A stretch of DNA of 64,000 bases, taken from the NCBI RefSeq assembly GCF_009914755.1, contig NC_060935.1. The stretch is one strand, 5' to 3'. The DNA comes from the human T2T-CHM13v2.0 reference genome, Homo sapiens. Positions within the stretch are counted from its first letter, which is position 1; each line of letters opens with the position of its first letter. The notes beneath the pieces are model-generated. The model was not told the origin of the DNA and did no database searches. It was given only the letters and a program-made list of their open reading frames with translations. This document shows positions 1-11,690 of the stretch, piece after piece. The position numbers were made by a program, and so were the translations under genes.

Positions 1-38
1 ACCCATATTTTTTAATGTGGGATAACATATATTATGTA

Positions 39-403
39 TTTCTTTTTTTATTATTATACTTTAAGTTATAGGGTACATGTGCACAACGTGCAGGTTTGTT
101 ACATAGGTATACATGTGCCATGTTGGTTTGCTGCACCCATCAACTCGTCATTTACGTTAGGTATTTCTCCTAATGCTATCCCTCCCCCAGTCCCCCACCT
201 GCTGACAGCCCCCAGTATGTGATGTTCCCCTTCCTGTGTCCAAGTGTTCTCATTGTTCAATTCCCACCTATGAGTGAGAACATACGGTGTTTGGTTTTCT
301 GTCCTTGTGATAGTTTACTGAGAATGGTGGTTTCCAGCTTAATCCATCTCCCTGCAAAGGACATGAACTCATCCTTTTTTAATGCCTGCATAGTATTCTA
401 TGG
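39..403 (-). mobile_element. L1PA (approx. L1PA4-7) 3' end, 5'-truncated
   Basis: T-rich tail then TTATTATACTTTAAGTT..GGGTACATGTGCACAACGTGCAGGTTTGTTACATAGG, the reverse complement of the L1PA 3'UTR; ends at GTATTCTATGG. Confidence 0.92.
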
Positions 404-414
404 GCATACACCCA

Positions 415-580
415 TGTTTTTTCTGGATATGTAATTTTCAAATAGTTTACTCCAGTCTGTGGTTTGCTATTTCATTCTTTTTGCAGTGTATTTTGCAAAA
501 AAACCAAAAAGTTTTAATTTTTGAAAAGTCCAAATTAGTCAGTTTTTCCTTTCATGCATCTTGCTTTTCATGTTTTACAA
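415..580 (-). mobile_element. old L1M ORF2 fragment
   Basis: AAGTTTTAATTTTTGAAAAGTCCAAATTAGTCAGTTTTTCCTTTCATG resembles antisense L1M ORF2. Confidence 0.55.
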
Positions 581-713
581 CTCATGAATATATATTATGT
601 AAGCTTTATTTTGTAGAATGTGTAGATAACTCATATATGTATTTGTATTTTTATTCAAATCTCTGTATCTATATCTACATATATATCTATGTTTATCTAC
701 CTGTGTCTATATT

Positions 714-2019
714 GGGTTTGTATCATAATCTTGTAAAACACATTTCTGCACACTATAAACCTGAATATTTAAATCCCAAATGATCAAAATCTCTAAGGAT
801 CAATACCCGTAAAGTCTAAATGACTGAAGTCTAAAATACATAACAACAAAAATCCCAAAAATCACAATCCCCAAAGATTAAAATTTTGAATGTTGAAATC
901 CTGAAAGCAAATTCTGAGAAAGGAATTAGCGTGGTTTTGGTTGTATGTAGAATAGTGGCATCTTGTTTGTTTTATTGTGTTTGGTAGAACTATCATCTTG
1001 TTATTTTTATTATTTTGAAATTAAGTCAGGTTTAAGGAGATGTGTATGGATGCCGAGCTGACCAAAGATGAACTTGACTCAATTTTAGGTGTCAGCTTGA
1101 CTGGATTAAGAATGATCTAGAAACCTTGGAAACATTATTTTTTTCATGTGTCTGTGAGATTGTTTTCAGAGTGATTAGTGTGTGGACCCACGTGGACTAG
1201 GTGGGGAAGATGATCCCTCAATGTTGGCCTCCACATCCAGTCATCCAGGGTTCTCTCCTGGAGAGAACATATACAGAAGGCAAACTAGACTCTCTCTGAG
1301 AGCAAATACAGACTTTGTTTTACTGCCTTGAATATCAGAAATTTAACTCCACCAAAGTGCATTATCACAAAGCTGACTTTGTGTGTAAGCATTGCACATG
1401 TATGTAAAAATGCTGGCACTTCCTCAATAAGTGAAGAGATATCCTTTTGTACATCTGCAATTGTGAAAGGTACAATTTCTCAAGATCTTGGCTCTTTGGA
1501 TGAATGTATATGCTATGGTGGCCTATCACAGCTTTTGATCGATCTCTTCAAAAGACTTAGATTGTTTTTCATGGTATTTCAGGCAACTACAGTATAAAAC
1601 TGAGTGCACACAATTACCAACCACAGAGGTATTCATTTATATATTTCCTTTTTATACTATTTCGTTATGAACGTGGTTAATCTGGTCATAACTGTTATAT
1701 GTATATTTAACTGTCATTAGTATATTTGAGTGTTTATGCTTGCAAAAATACGTATGTTGTTATTGCTTATTTTATTGTGTAAAGTTGCCTATGAAATATT
1801 CTGTCATATTTATATGTTCCTCAAATAAATCTTTTAAAATTATAAATAAGTATATTTTAGAGAACTGGAAAAGGTTTTTAGAGTTATATTTTTGGGATTT
1901 TGATCTTTTGGGATTACAATTTTTAGAATTTTAGACTTCTGAGGTTTTGTTCTTTTGGGATTTCAACATTCAGGATTATGGTGTTTGAGATTATGTCTTT
2001 TGGGATTATGATTGGCTGT
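714..2019 (+). mobile_element. Ricksha (MuDR-type) non-autonomous DNA transposon carrying a captured ERV-L 3' end and MLT2 LTR piece
   Basis: Long imperfect TIRs (GGGTTTGTATCATAATC..CTGAATATTTAAATCCCAAA vs TTTGGGATTTCAACATTCAGGATTATG..GGGATTATGATTGGC) and repeated AAAATCCC/GGGATTTT subterminal motifs. Internal ~920-1340 matches ERV-L 3' internal end plus MLT2 LTR start (GTGTCAGCTTGACTGGATTAAG). Confidence 0.82.
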
Positions 2020-2054
2020 CATATATATCTATATCTAATCATCTATTCTGATTT

Positions 2055-2830
2055 CTTCTGTCCAGAGTGGACCTAGAAAAAGCAATAACACACTAGTAAC
2101 AGTGAGTCTATAATCAAGGTCTTAGTTTCTAATTCCCCTTCTCCACTAAGAAGACCAGGGGTTCCTGGGAGAAATACTAAATTGCGAGCGGCAGCCTTAT
2201 ACTAGAAGAGCCAAGAACACATTGTTGTAGTAGAATGTAAGAAAGCTCAAAAAGATAAGATACATCAAATAACACAAGAACAAGTTTGAAAGAATTATCC
2301 TTCAAATTTAATCAAAATATGGGGCACTTTGAGCATAAAATAAGTAGCAAAAGGAGTGAATTATCACTCACTGAATAAAATACTCTATTATCTTCTAATG
2401 ATACAAAATTCAAGATGAATAAAATCTAGAGGAGAGGAAAATGCTCTCCTTATAAGGGAATACCAAATAAAATATAAAGACATGGTAGAACTAGAAAATT
2501 AGCACTTGCAGCCATTATAGTATTATAGTAGTAATTGATTTAGGTAAGAAGGTTCAATGTTTCCTACAACCAGTTTGTAAAATTTTAATAAGAAATAGGT
2601 GTTTTAATATTCCTAATATATCTCCCCACATATCATTGATTAATTATATAAGGAAAATTTTAATGAATAAACCTGTAGAATCCTACTTTATTGATGTAAT
2701 GAAAGTTAACCTGACCAAAATTGGGAAAAATTGACCTCAATTTCCTAAAAAAAAAAAAAAAAATGCCACTCATAATCATAATCTAACATGACAAAAAAAT
2801 CAGCAAACTAAAACTGAAGAACATCCAAAA
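2055..2830 (+). mobile_element. old L1MC/L1MD 3'UTR fragment
   Basis: AAGACCAGGGGTTCCTGGGAGAAAT and related L1MC3/4-type 3'UTR motifs. Confidence 0.55.
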
Positions 2831-2844
2831 TGTGTTAAATGCAA

Positions 2845-2987
2845 TCCTTTATAAAACCATCAGATCTGATGAGACTTACTCACTACCACAAGAACAGTAT
2901 GGGGAAAACCACCTCCATGATTCAATTATCTCCACCTGGCACTGCACTTGACACATGGGGATTATAACAATTCAAGGTGAGATTTGA
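2845..2987 (-). mobile_element. THE1/MST (MaLR) LTR fragment
   Basis: ATAAAACCATCAGATCTGATGAGACTTACTCACTACCACAAGAACAGTATGGGGAAAACC..AATTCAAGGTGAGATTTG. Confidence 0.85.
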
Positions 2988-3974
2988 ATTCAAAATTAAC
3001 CATTTTGAAATGAACTCTAACAAAGTCTATTGTTTTGGTGAACATCTTTCTCATTTAGAATTATTATAACTTATCTTGTTAGCAAATATGTAAAATGATT
3101 TTGTTCTCATTGCTTTTGTGTATTGTTTTGCCTTCCCCTGGTGACTCAGTAAATAAGCTGTTCACAATAAATACCCAGGGAGGACAACAGTTCTTCCTCT
3201 TTCATTTAATTAGATAATCCTGTTCTATTTTACTTCCACCTCTATAACGATTTTACTATCAACAACATTTCTGCTATGTTCTTTTAAAGCATTTTAGTTT
3301 GATTATATCATTCTGGTATTCACTTTTCATATTTTAGAAGACTTAAGGAAAGGTCTATAAGTAATTTTTCCTCAACTTTACATACTTACAGCCTTACTCA
3401 GGAAATAACAAAAAGAATAAATAAAGCTTTAGTGGATTTCCATGACTGAAAAAAATTATTTTGCAGCACAAAAACAGAAAATGTTTTAAAGGATAAACTA
3501 AACACTAAATTTTGCTCATATTTACTTGACCAAATTAGTTCCTTGACCATGATTGGATATGAAATGGAAAGGTTGTGTGGGTACGTGTGTGTATATATCA
3601 CATTGGGGATAAATTGGGTTTCAATTTCCAGTGTAAAATTGTTCTCACAGTCAACTTCTTTCATTACACGGGAATGCATTTTTGCTTAACATAAAAGGAT
3701 TTGATATTCTGAAACTGCTATTTTTGCATAAAGATAAACAAGTTGAACTTCTAATATTAATAGCTTGTCCCCTGGTTTTCATAAACACAAAATGTATTTA
3801 GAGTTCATGCCTTTTTGCAATTTCATGATAATATTTAATATTGTTTAACCTTTGAGCTAATGTTTTAAATGTTAGAGAAAATGAGAAAAATACTTAATTC
3901 TATTTTGGGAAATATTGCCTTTCTTAAACAATACTAAATAATGAAAATGAAGTCTTTAAAAGCTAATGTATCTA

Positions 3975-4670
3975 AATAATATACGTAGATACAACCAAGA
4001 TGTAACTTAGTCCCCATCCCTGTTTTTATATGGGTTAGACTTAGTAGCTGACACCTCAAAATAGAATATAATAAATAGGGAAATAGATTAACTTTATAGT
4101 GGAGAAACCTGATAAACACTATTTAATCCAATGATTGTGGTTAATATCACCAGTGTTATCATGTGGAAGTCATGTAACCTCTGACAGGATGTTACAAGAA
4201 GAGAAGTTCACTTCTGATAATCTTTCCAAAAACAAATAATCCTTGTGTAATCATTATTTTTTAAACAACAGACAATTCAAATTTGAAGGACATTTTGCAA
4301 AATTCTTGACTAGTCTTCCTCACAACTGTCAAGGTCATGAAAAACAAGGAAACACTAAGAAACAGTCACAGACTAGAGAAGGCTAAGGAGACATGAGTAA
4401 ATGCTTTATGATATCTTTAATTGAATCTTAGTACAGAAATAGGGTATCAACAAAAAGCTGGTGAAATCCAAATAAAGTCTGCAGTTTAGTTTATAAGAAT
4501 GTACCCATGTTGGTTTCCTAGTGTTGACACATATATCATACTAATGTAAGGTGTTAACAGGAGGAAATGAAAGTAGGTGAGGGAAATATGTAAACTGTCT
4601 GCATATCTTTGCAACATTTCTATAAATATAAAAATATTCCAAAATAAATAAAAATATAATAAAAAATAAT
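3975..4670 (+). mobile_element. L1MC4/L1MD-type 3' end
   Basis: ACTTTATAGTGGAGAAACCTG, AACTGTCAAGGTCATGAAAAACAAGGAAA, A-rich terminus. Confidence 0.75.
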
Positions 4671-4949
4671 AAAATATATCAATGGAGGAGACTTGATGGC
4701 TACCATGAAACTCCTTACATATAAACATGTTTTATTAATTTCAGGAAAGATTTTAGATGTGGGTTAATAATATCTTCCATTTGAAGTCAGGGCCTTAAAT
4801 TTCTACTGCCTGAATACATCACTGATGTATTAAATACGCACTGATTAGGATCCAAACAAATCTGTTTCAACACCAAGCCAAGTTATCAACTTAAACTTAG
4901 TCCTCATTCAGCTTATAGAATCGTTATTTTTTAGAAATGTTACATTTCC

Positions 4950-5280
4950 ACATTAGAAAAATAAACTTTAAAGGTCATCTAGTCCAAATGTCTATTCATT
5001 ATTTGCTTTCTCTTGTGTCCGTTTCTCCAAAGTGGCTGTCTAATTTAGTTAAACTTCTGCACAGATGACCTTCCCATTCATGCAGTATAGCACATTAACT
5101 GACTGGATAGCTGTAATTACTAAACCACTTCCTATATTAAACACAAAGTCAGTTTTCTTGTAGCTCCCATGTTGGTCTTAGCACTGCCCTCTGGTTCTAT
5201 TTAACACAAGTCTCATTTCTTTTCCACTGGGCATGTTTTCCAGTTTTGGAAGACAGCAATCATTTCCACTCAAAGGTGTC
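4950..5280 (-). mobile_element. L3/CR1 LINE remnant
   Basis: AAAGGTCATCTAGTCCAA..GTTGGTCTTAGCACTGCCCTCTGG..TTTTGGAAGACAGCAATCAT. Confidence 0.55.
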
Positions 5281-6209
5281 TTTTTTTGCGGACAGAATGT
5301 ATAGAATGATCATTAAGGAGATTTCTAAGTTAAAAAGTCTATGAGAGTCACTAAAAAGGAAAAGCACACCTTTTCCTGAAAGAAGGGAAATGTTAAAAGA
5401 AAGCATTTTTAATTTCTCAACTAAAGGTTGAAATAATTTCTAGCTTAAAGAGTAAAATGAAATTCTAAATGGGATACTCATATTCACGTTTACTCCCTCA
5501 ATCTTGTTTTTGTAGCAACTCCATATATTGGCCCGCTTTATTTCACACTAGATAAACCTGGCTCTTCTGAGGCACAACATCATTTCTCTTTTTTTTTTTT
5601 TTTTGCCACACTGTTAATGTCCGTTTCTCCCCAGCCCTAAAACTATACCCATCCTTCAGCACTCTAGGTCTGTCTTTTTAGTTCATATCCTGTGATATCC
5701 TCCTTGAGCATTACTCCTCTCTCTACTTTCCTACAACTCACACACTCCAGTAAATCATTAAGATTTATCTGGGCAAACTCTGTTGGAGAAGATAAAATTG
5801 TGTACAGTAGAATATACTTATATGTTACTTGTTAAAGTGAGAAGGCATATACATGGTGAAAAATGAGCAGCACCAATAATATTTCCTTAAAATATTTTTA
5901 ATTTGCTCCCATTGTATTTACATTTCCACACATGCTCTCATTACATATACATTTACATTTATATTTGCTCCAATTATGTTTACATCCCATTCCCTCTTTT
6001 TGATCATTTGTAGGCAAATACAACATATCTGAAGGGCAATAAATGAAATGATGATGAAAATGTATATTATAAAGAGCACTGGAAGAGACTTATAATATTA
6101 TTTGAAAAAATGCCATGTGGAGGAAATAGTTTTTTTTTTCTTTTTACTATAATATTACAGTAAAGGGCAGAACAAGAATCAATTAAGTAAAAATGGCAGA
6201 GATAGATTT

Positions 6210-6995
6210 CATCTGCTAAGTCTCCCAGGCTTATTCTACCCAAATATAACCCTTGATTCCCTCCTCAATCTAATCTATTCCTCCCAAGTCATCCCAGTCA
6301 GTAAATGGCTTCACACTTTGATCAAATGAAATCCTAAAATTACTTCTTGATTGCTTTTCTTCCTTCCCTCTGAATACCTCATCTACAGCTGCGTCTTTCA
6401 GAGTTAACCTACAAATGCATCCATCAACTTGTTTTTAATCCCCACTGGCATGACCCTAGTCTAAGCCACCACCATTTCTCACTGGGTCTAACTGGTTTTC
6501 CTATTTCTATTATGGTCCTTGTACAACAGATTCTATTAAAAACATCATACTTCTTTTTAGGATACAGTGTAAAATTTTAATTGACTCTGTCAGGTCATAT
6601 GTTTCTCTTCCTTGTTTGCATCTCCAAAATTTCTTGATGATTTCCCATTCATCACGTTGCTCCAGACATGCAGGCATATTTCTTTTCCTAAAACATGTCA
6701 ATTTAATTGTATGCCTTAGAACATTTAGGGGGTTGTTGAGTGTTTTTTTACCCTTATCTTCATGTGGTTGGCTTTTTCTTGACATAACTGTTTCAATGTA
6801 TATGGCCTTAAAGAGACCTCTGGCCTCCAATCTAAAATAGCTCCCAATCTCTATCAAAAAACCTTGTTGCCTTTGTCTCTTTTATTAGAAAGTTAAGTTC
6901 CACTGGAACAGTAACCATATCTATTGTCTTATTATTAAATGTTTAGGACTTGGATGAATATCTGGCACATTGTTGAGTAGTATTCAATAACATTG
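6210..6995 (+). mobile_element. L2 LINE 3' remnant
   Basis: CAGTAAATGGC, ACCCTAGTCTAAGCCACCACCATTTCTCAC, terminal TCTGGCACAT..TATTCAATAA. Confidence 0.7.
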
Positions 6996-8113
6996 CAGGC
7001 CAGAGAAAAACTGCCTAAGGATAAAACGACAAATAATAAGCAACACAAGAAGTGATGGATGTGGCTGTGTTAGAATAGAATTCAATCAACTGAATGGAGG
7101 GTTGTATTCGATAACCATTAAAACTTTATTAAACGTGAGATTATATGGGTTTATGATTTTGGATATTTATCTAGAAAAACTTTTTGAAAAATAGTACATC
7201 CTGATGGTATTTATGGGATTTGGAAGTAGACTGAATAGGGTTCTCACATTTGCTAATCATATGATCCTGGGCTATTTACTTACTTTCTCTTTTCTCAAGA
7301 TTCTGATCAGTAAAAAGAGATCAATGTTTGTGTCTCTATAATGTACACTGTTTGCTGTATCTATAATAGCTGTTGATTTTATTAAATAAAAAACTAAAAA
7401 TAATGCAGATAAAATGCTTAGCCTAGTGCCTTCCAGATAAGATGTGACCAACACATGTAACTTTCATTTTCAAATTTATTATTTTATATTGAACTGCATA
7501 AAAAGTTCAAGTTTGCTTTGCTAAACCATTCTCAGCAATGCCACTCTGTTTTCATCAACATCATTCCAGTGCCGCATTTTCATGTCTGGTCTTCTTTGCT
7601 TCTTCTCAGTTCTCATGAGCATTCTGTCTGTACAGTGTATAATATATGTGTATCATGTGGAAAATATCACATAATATACCATGAGGCTCTTTCACTTTTA
7701 TCTTTCAATGGCATAATATTTTCTGTATAATTATGAAGCTAAGCAGCCTTACTGAGATTATATTTATGCGTTTAAATATAGATGAAAAAGTGTTTAACAG
7801 ACAACAGCTCTGGGGCTGTTGGACAGCTAATGGTCTTTCCAATATTTTTACTAAGTTGCAAAGAATTTGGCCTTAAAGATGCTTAAGGCCAAGCATTTAA
7901 GGAGGAGATAGAGACCTCACATGAATGGGTAGTTGCTTTTAAGAAACACTACTTTTCCCTCTACTATTACCATGGTTTTCTAAATGTACCAATGGGAAGT
8001 TTTATGGAATAAATTATTTGATATTTCTGAATGGTACAAATTTCAGGAAATGTTAGTAATGAGAAAGACTTTTTATGAAGAGGAACATAATTAAGTATAT
8101 TTCTCAATATGCA

Positions 8114-8627
8114 TGTGATGATTAATACTGAGTGTCAACTTGATTGGATTGAGGGATCCAAAGTATTAATCCTGAGTGTGTTTGTGTGGGTATTACCAAA
8201 AGAGATTAACATTTGAGTCTGTGGGCTGAGGAAGGCAGATATGCCTTTAATCTGGTGGGTACAATCTAATCAGCTGCCAGCAAATATAAAGCAGGCAGAA
8301 AAATGTGAAAAGGAGAGACGGGCCTAGCCTCTGAGCCTACCTCTTTCTCCTGTGCGGGATGCTTCCTGCCCTCAAACATCAGACTCTAAGTTCTTCTGTT
8401 GCGGGACTCGGACTGTTTCTCCTTGCTCCTCAGCTTGCAGCCTATTGTGGGGCCTTGTGATCATGTAAGTTAATACTTAATAAACTCCCCTTTATATATA
8501 TATGTGTGTGTGTGTTGTGTGTATATATATATATAAAATATGTATATATACAGATATATACACTATATACCTATACATATATATATCCTACTCGTTCTGC
8601 CCCTCTAAAGGAACTCTGACTAATAGA
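8114..8627 (+). mobile_element. MLT2A1/MLT2A2 (HERV-L) solo LTR, full length
   Basis: Starts TGTGATGATTAATACTGAGTGTCAACTTGATTGGATTGA, ends GACTAATAGA. Perfect 5-bp TSD ATGCA (8109-8113, 8628-8632). Internal TA/TG microsatellite typical of the family. Confidence 0.92.
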
Positions 8628-9296
8628 ATGCATTAAATTTAGACACCTTTGTGCTTGGCCATCCAAAAGTACATTATTTTGGAGAAACTAAAGGAATATA
8701 AATAAAAATATGCTGTTGAATTTTACTCTTAAATAGCTGAGTGATCAACCTTCAAGAATACATGGAATCAATTTTTAAAAATTCATAATTATGTATTTAA
8801 TATTGCTAGAATATGTTACTAAACATTTGAATATACTTGACTGGTCAGGAGGAAGATTCCTGTATGACTCTATAATTAAAGTCATTTGGGTTTTCTGTTG
8901 AACATTAAAAACTAAAATATTTTCACATGGTTCACATGTTTTCCTTTGCATAAAGGAAAAAATAAGAGGTTTTGTTAAATGATGTTGAAAAATTAGCTCA
9001 TTTAAGTGATGACAAAATGTTCGATTAATAAAGCTTAAAATATAAAAGTAAAAGCAAAAATAAAATCTCTACATATTTAAATGCGATGCTTTGTTGTAAT
9101 GAGCCAATTGCAATATAAATGGAAGATATTTTAAAATATAAAATATTACAATGATGAATTTCAGAGGGTCAAGTTGGCCAAAATACTTAGCTGTTCCCCA
9201 TGCATTTTTACCTATTTAAAAAAAAAAAAGCTGAAAACATCTCAGGATCATTTTGGCTCTGAGAATGTATGTCAATATCAGGAAAAAGGAATTCTT

Positions 9297-9707
9297 CAGC
9301 CTAAATGCCCATCAACAGTAGACTGCAGAAGGAAAATGTGGTGCATATACATCGTTGAATACCATGCAGCCATAAAAAAAACAATGAGATCATGTTCTCT
9401 GCAGCAACAAAGATGGGGCGTATCCTAAGTGAACTAATGCAGGAACAGAAAACCAAATGCTGCATGTTCTCACTTTTTAGTGAGAGCTAAATATTGAGTA
9501 CATATGGACACAAAGATGAAACAATAGGCACTGGGGTCTACTTGAGGGTGGAGGATAGAAGGAGAGTGAAGATTGAAAAACTACCTATCAGATAATATGC
9601 TTATTACCTGGGTGACAATTTGTACACCAATCCTCTGTGACAGACTTTGCCTACATAACAAACTTACAGATGTACCTCTGAACCTAAAATACCAATTGTA
9701 GAAAAAA
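9297..9707 (+). mobile_element. L1PA15/16-like 3' end
   Basis: CCTAAATGCCCATCAACAGTAGACTG..CTACTTGAGGGTGGAGG..GAACCTAAAAT. Confidence 0.85.
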
Positions 9708-9716
9708 TTTTGACAT

Positions 9717-9805
9717 AGATATGAAACATCTGTACACTGAATACTATAAAACATTGCTGAGTGAAATTAAAGATCACCTAAATAAATGGAGAGTTATGCC
9801 TTGGA
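9717..9805 (+). mobile_element. L1M ORF2 fragment
   Basis: Translates LYTEYYKTLLSEIKDHLNKWR, matching the L1 ORF2 [16 protein letters not shown].NKW motif. Confidence 0.75.
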
Positions 9806-11627
9806 GAAAAAAAAAAGAAAATGGGATTTTTAGTAATAACCCTTATTCTCTAAATGTTAAAATTCCACCCAGACTTAGCCTATTTTTTTGGACAGGACTG
9901 ATGGCCTATTTAGTGAATAGTTTCAGGATAAGAATAAACAAAAAGATTGAGGACAGAGATATGCCACAATCTTCACATAAACACAGAATACCTATAAACA
10001 TGAGTATTGGTTTATTAGGCCATTCATTATATTCTGCTAAGTATGTGAAGGCACAGGAGGGAAGTGATTTAAAAGAGTTTTAATTTCCTCAAAATGTTGA
10101 TATAAGAGTCTCTTCCCCTGGATTCTCATGTAGCCATTATGCTAAACATCTTTCATTTAAAATGACCTTGTATACTATTCAAGTTCCACAAAATTAAACT
10201 GCTAAATATTATTTCTGTCAAATTATTCCAGTATATCATTACTCCATTTTTTAAAAAAAGAGCTGAGCTATTTTGCAATTAAATAAGGAAACCATTTTTT
10301 TTATTTTCTGAGAAGTTAAAGAACTTCTAACAAAGTTTTATTTTATGATTCTTTTTTTTCAATACTGAGAATTCACTAAAATGTAAATCTTATGTGACTT
10401 TAATTCAATGAAAATAATAATCCAAGATGTAATTGTTAACTTATGAACTAAAATAATTCTCTGCAGCAACTATGTCTAATTATGCAAAGGAAATCTCAAG
10501 AAACATGCTTATTTTGTATAGATTCCTTTAGAAATTGCCTGAGCTCATTAATTAAAGAAAAACTGAACTATATAAACACAAACAAATTAACATTATATAC
10601 TTCAGCTTCTTCTGGGGATATCAAACTTAATTGAAATTTAGAACATTCTGTGGTGAGAATGCTGCTGAAATAAACTAATACTAGCTATAAGTACAGGTGT
10701 GACAGCTATGAACGATGAGTAAATTAAATAGTATTCAATGATTCTTGCAAATCTCAATTCTTATTTGGTAGTTTCTTATTATATTAACAATAAATAGCGG
10801 ATTCATCATGCAAATGAATCCCAATACAAAGGAACCCCATCTGTAATTGATTATTTGGTTATCAGTCATTTAAAAACCATTTGGTCTAATCTAAAGTTGC
10901 TTCAATGAATATACAGTTATTGAAAGTAAAAATGGAGAAAGGCAAATGAAATAGTAAAATTACAGTGCTTTAAAGAGATGAATAAACACAAAATTTGTTT
11001 GTGCAAATATCTTAGAACTTTATTTTATCATAAAAAGAACTTTCAGAGTTGGAAGTGACTTTTGAAATCATGTATTCTTTTCTCACAGTGTCAGTTCCTC
11101 CCAGCACCTAGCAACTTAATGGCAAAGGTAGACAAACACCGCGCCCACAGCTCCATTCCTGTGAATTTTCCACTGACTACACCATGTAGACTTTCTATCT
11201 GAAAAATATTTAATAATTCATGAATACAATTAAAATACTGTTCTACTTTAGTAGAATTTTATGGTGCATAATATTCTTTTTCCTTCTGATCCCCTGAGTT
11301 GGTTCTAATTAGAAAGAAAAGCAGTTTAAGAACTTTATTCACATCCAATGCAATATCACAAGGTTTCCACATTCTAATTTTTTTCACTGAAACGTAGAAA
11401 CCTCTGTGTAAATGACTAACCCCAGCAGATTAAAAAATACATACATTTAGAGTATATGACTCACCCTATTGTAATGATTAACAGATGTCTAAAAATACTT
11501 ACGATGCAAGGGAAATGTGAATGTGGTGAGGTGCAAAGAGTATTGAATAGGCTGAAATTATTGCACTTCTTCAAGCCTTCGTTTCTTGATATTTAGAATA
11601 AGTTGGATTAAAATGCTTCCATTTGAC

Positions 11628-11690
11628 ACTCAGCTGACTCTCAACTGACTCTCACTCAACTGACTCTCAACTGACTCTCACTCAACTGAC
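11628..11690. repeat. 26-bp tandem repeat (about 2.4 copies) built from CTCAACTGACT
   Basis: ACTCAGCTGACTCTCAACTGACTCTC ACTCAACTGACTCTCAACTGACTCTC ACTCAACTGAC. Confidence 0.9.

Noticed and set aside
714-910. Regularly spaced short repeats superficially like a CRISPR or iteron array
   Set aside because: They are subterminal motifs of the Ricksha TIR. The DNA is eukaryotic, with no cas genes or constant repeat-spacer period.
3398-3679. 93-aa minus ORF, and a possible plus micro-exon near 3539-3580
   Set aside because: No recognisable protein similarity and a weak polypyrimidine tract; consistent with chance.
7518-7730. ORFs on both strands in repeat-free DNA
   Set aside because: Short, no known motif, no convincing splice-site pair.
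9721-10083. 120-aa ORF
   Set aside because: The first ~28 aa are L1 ORF2; the rest is read-through into unrelated AT-rich DNA.
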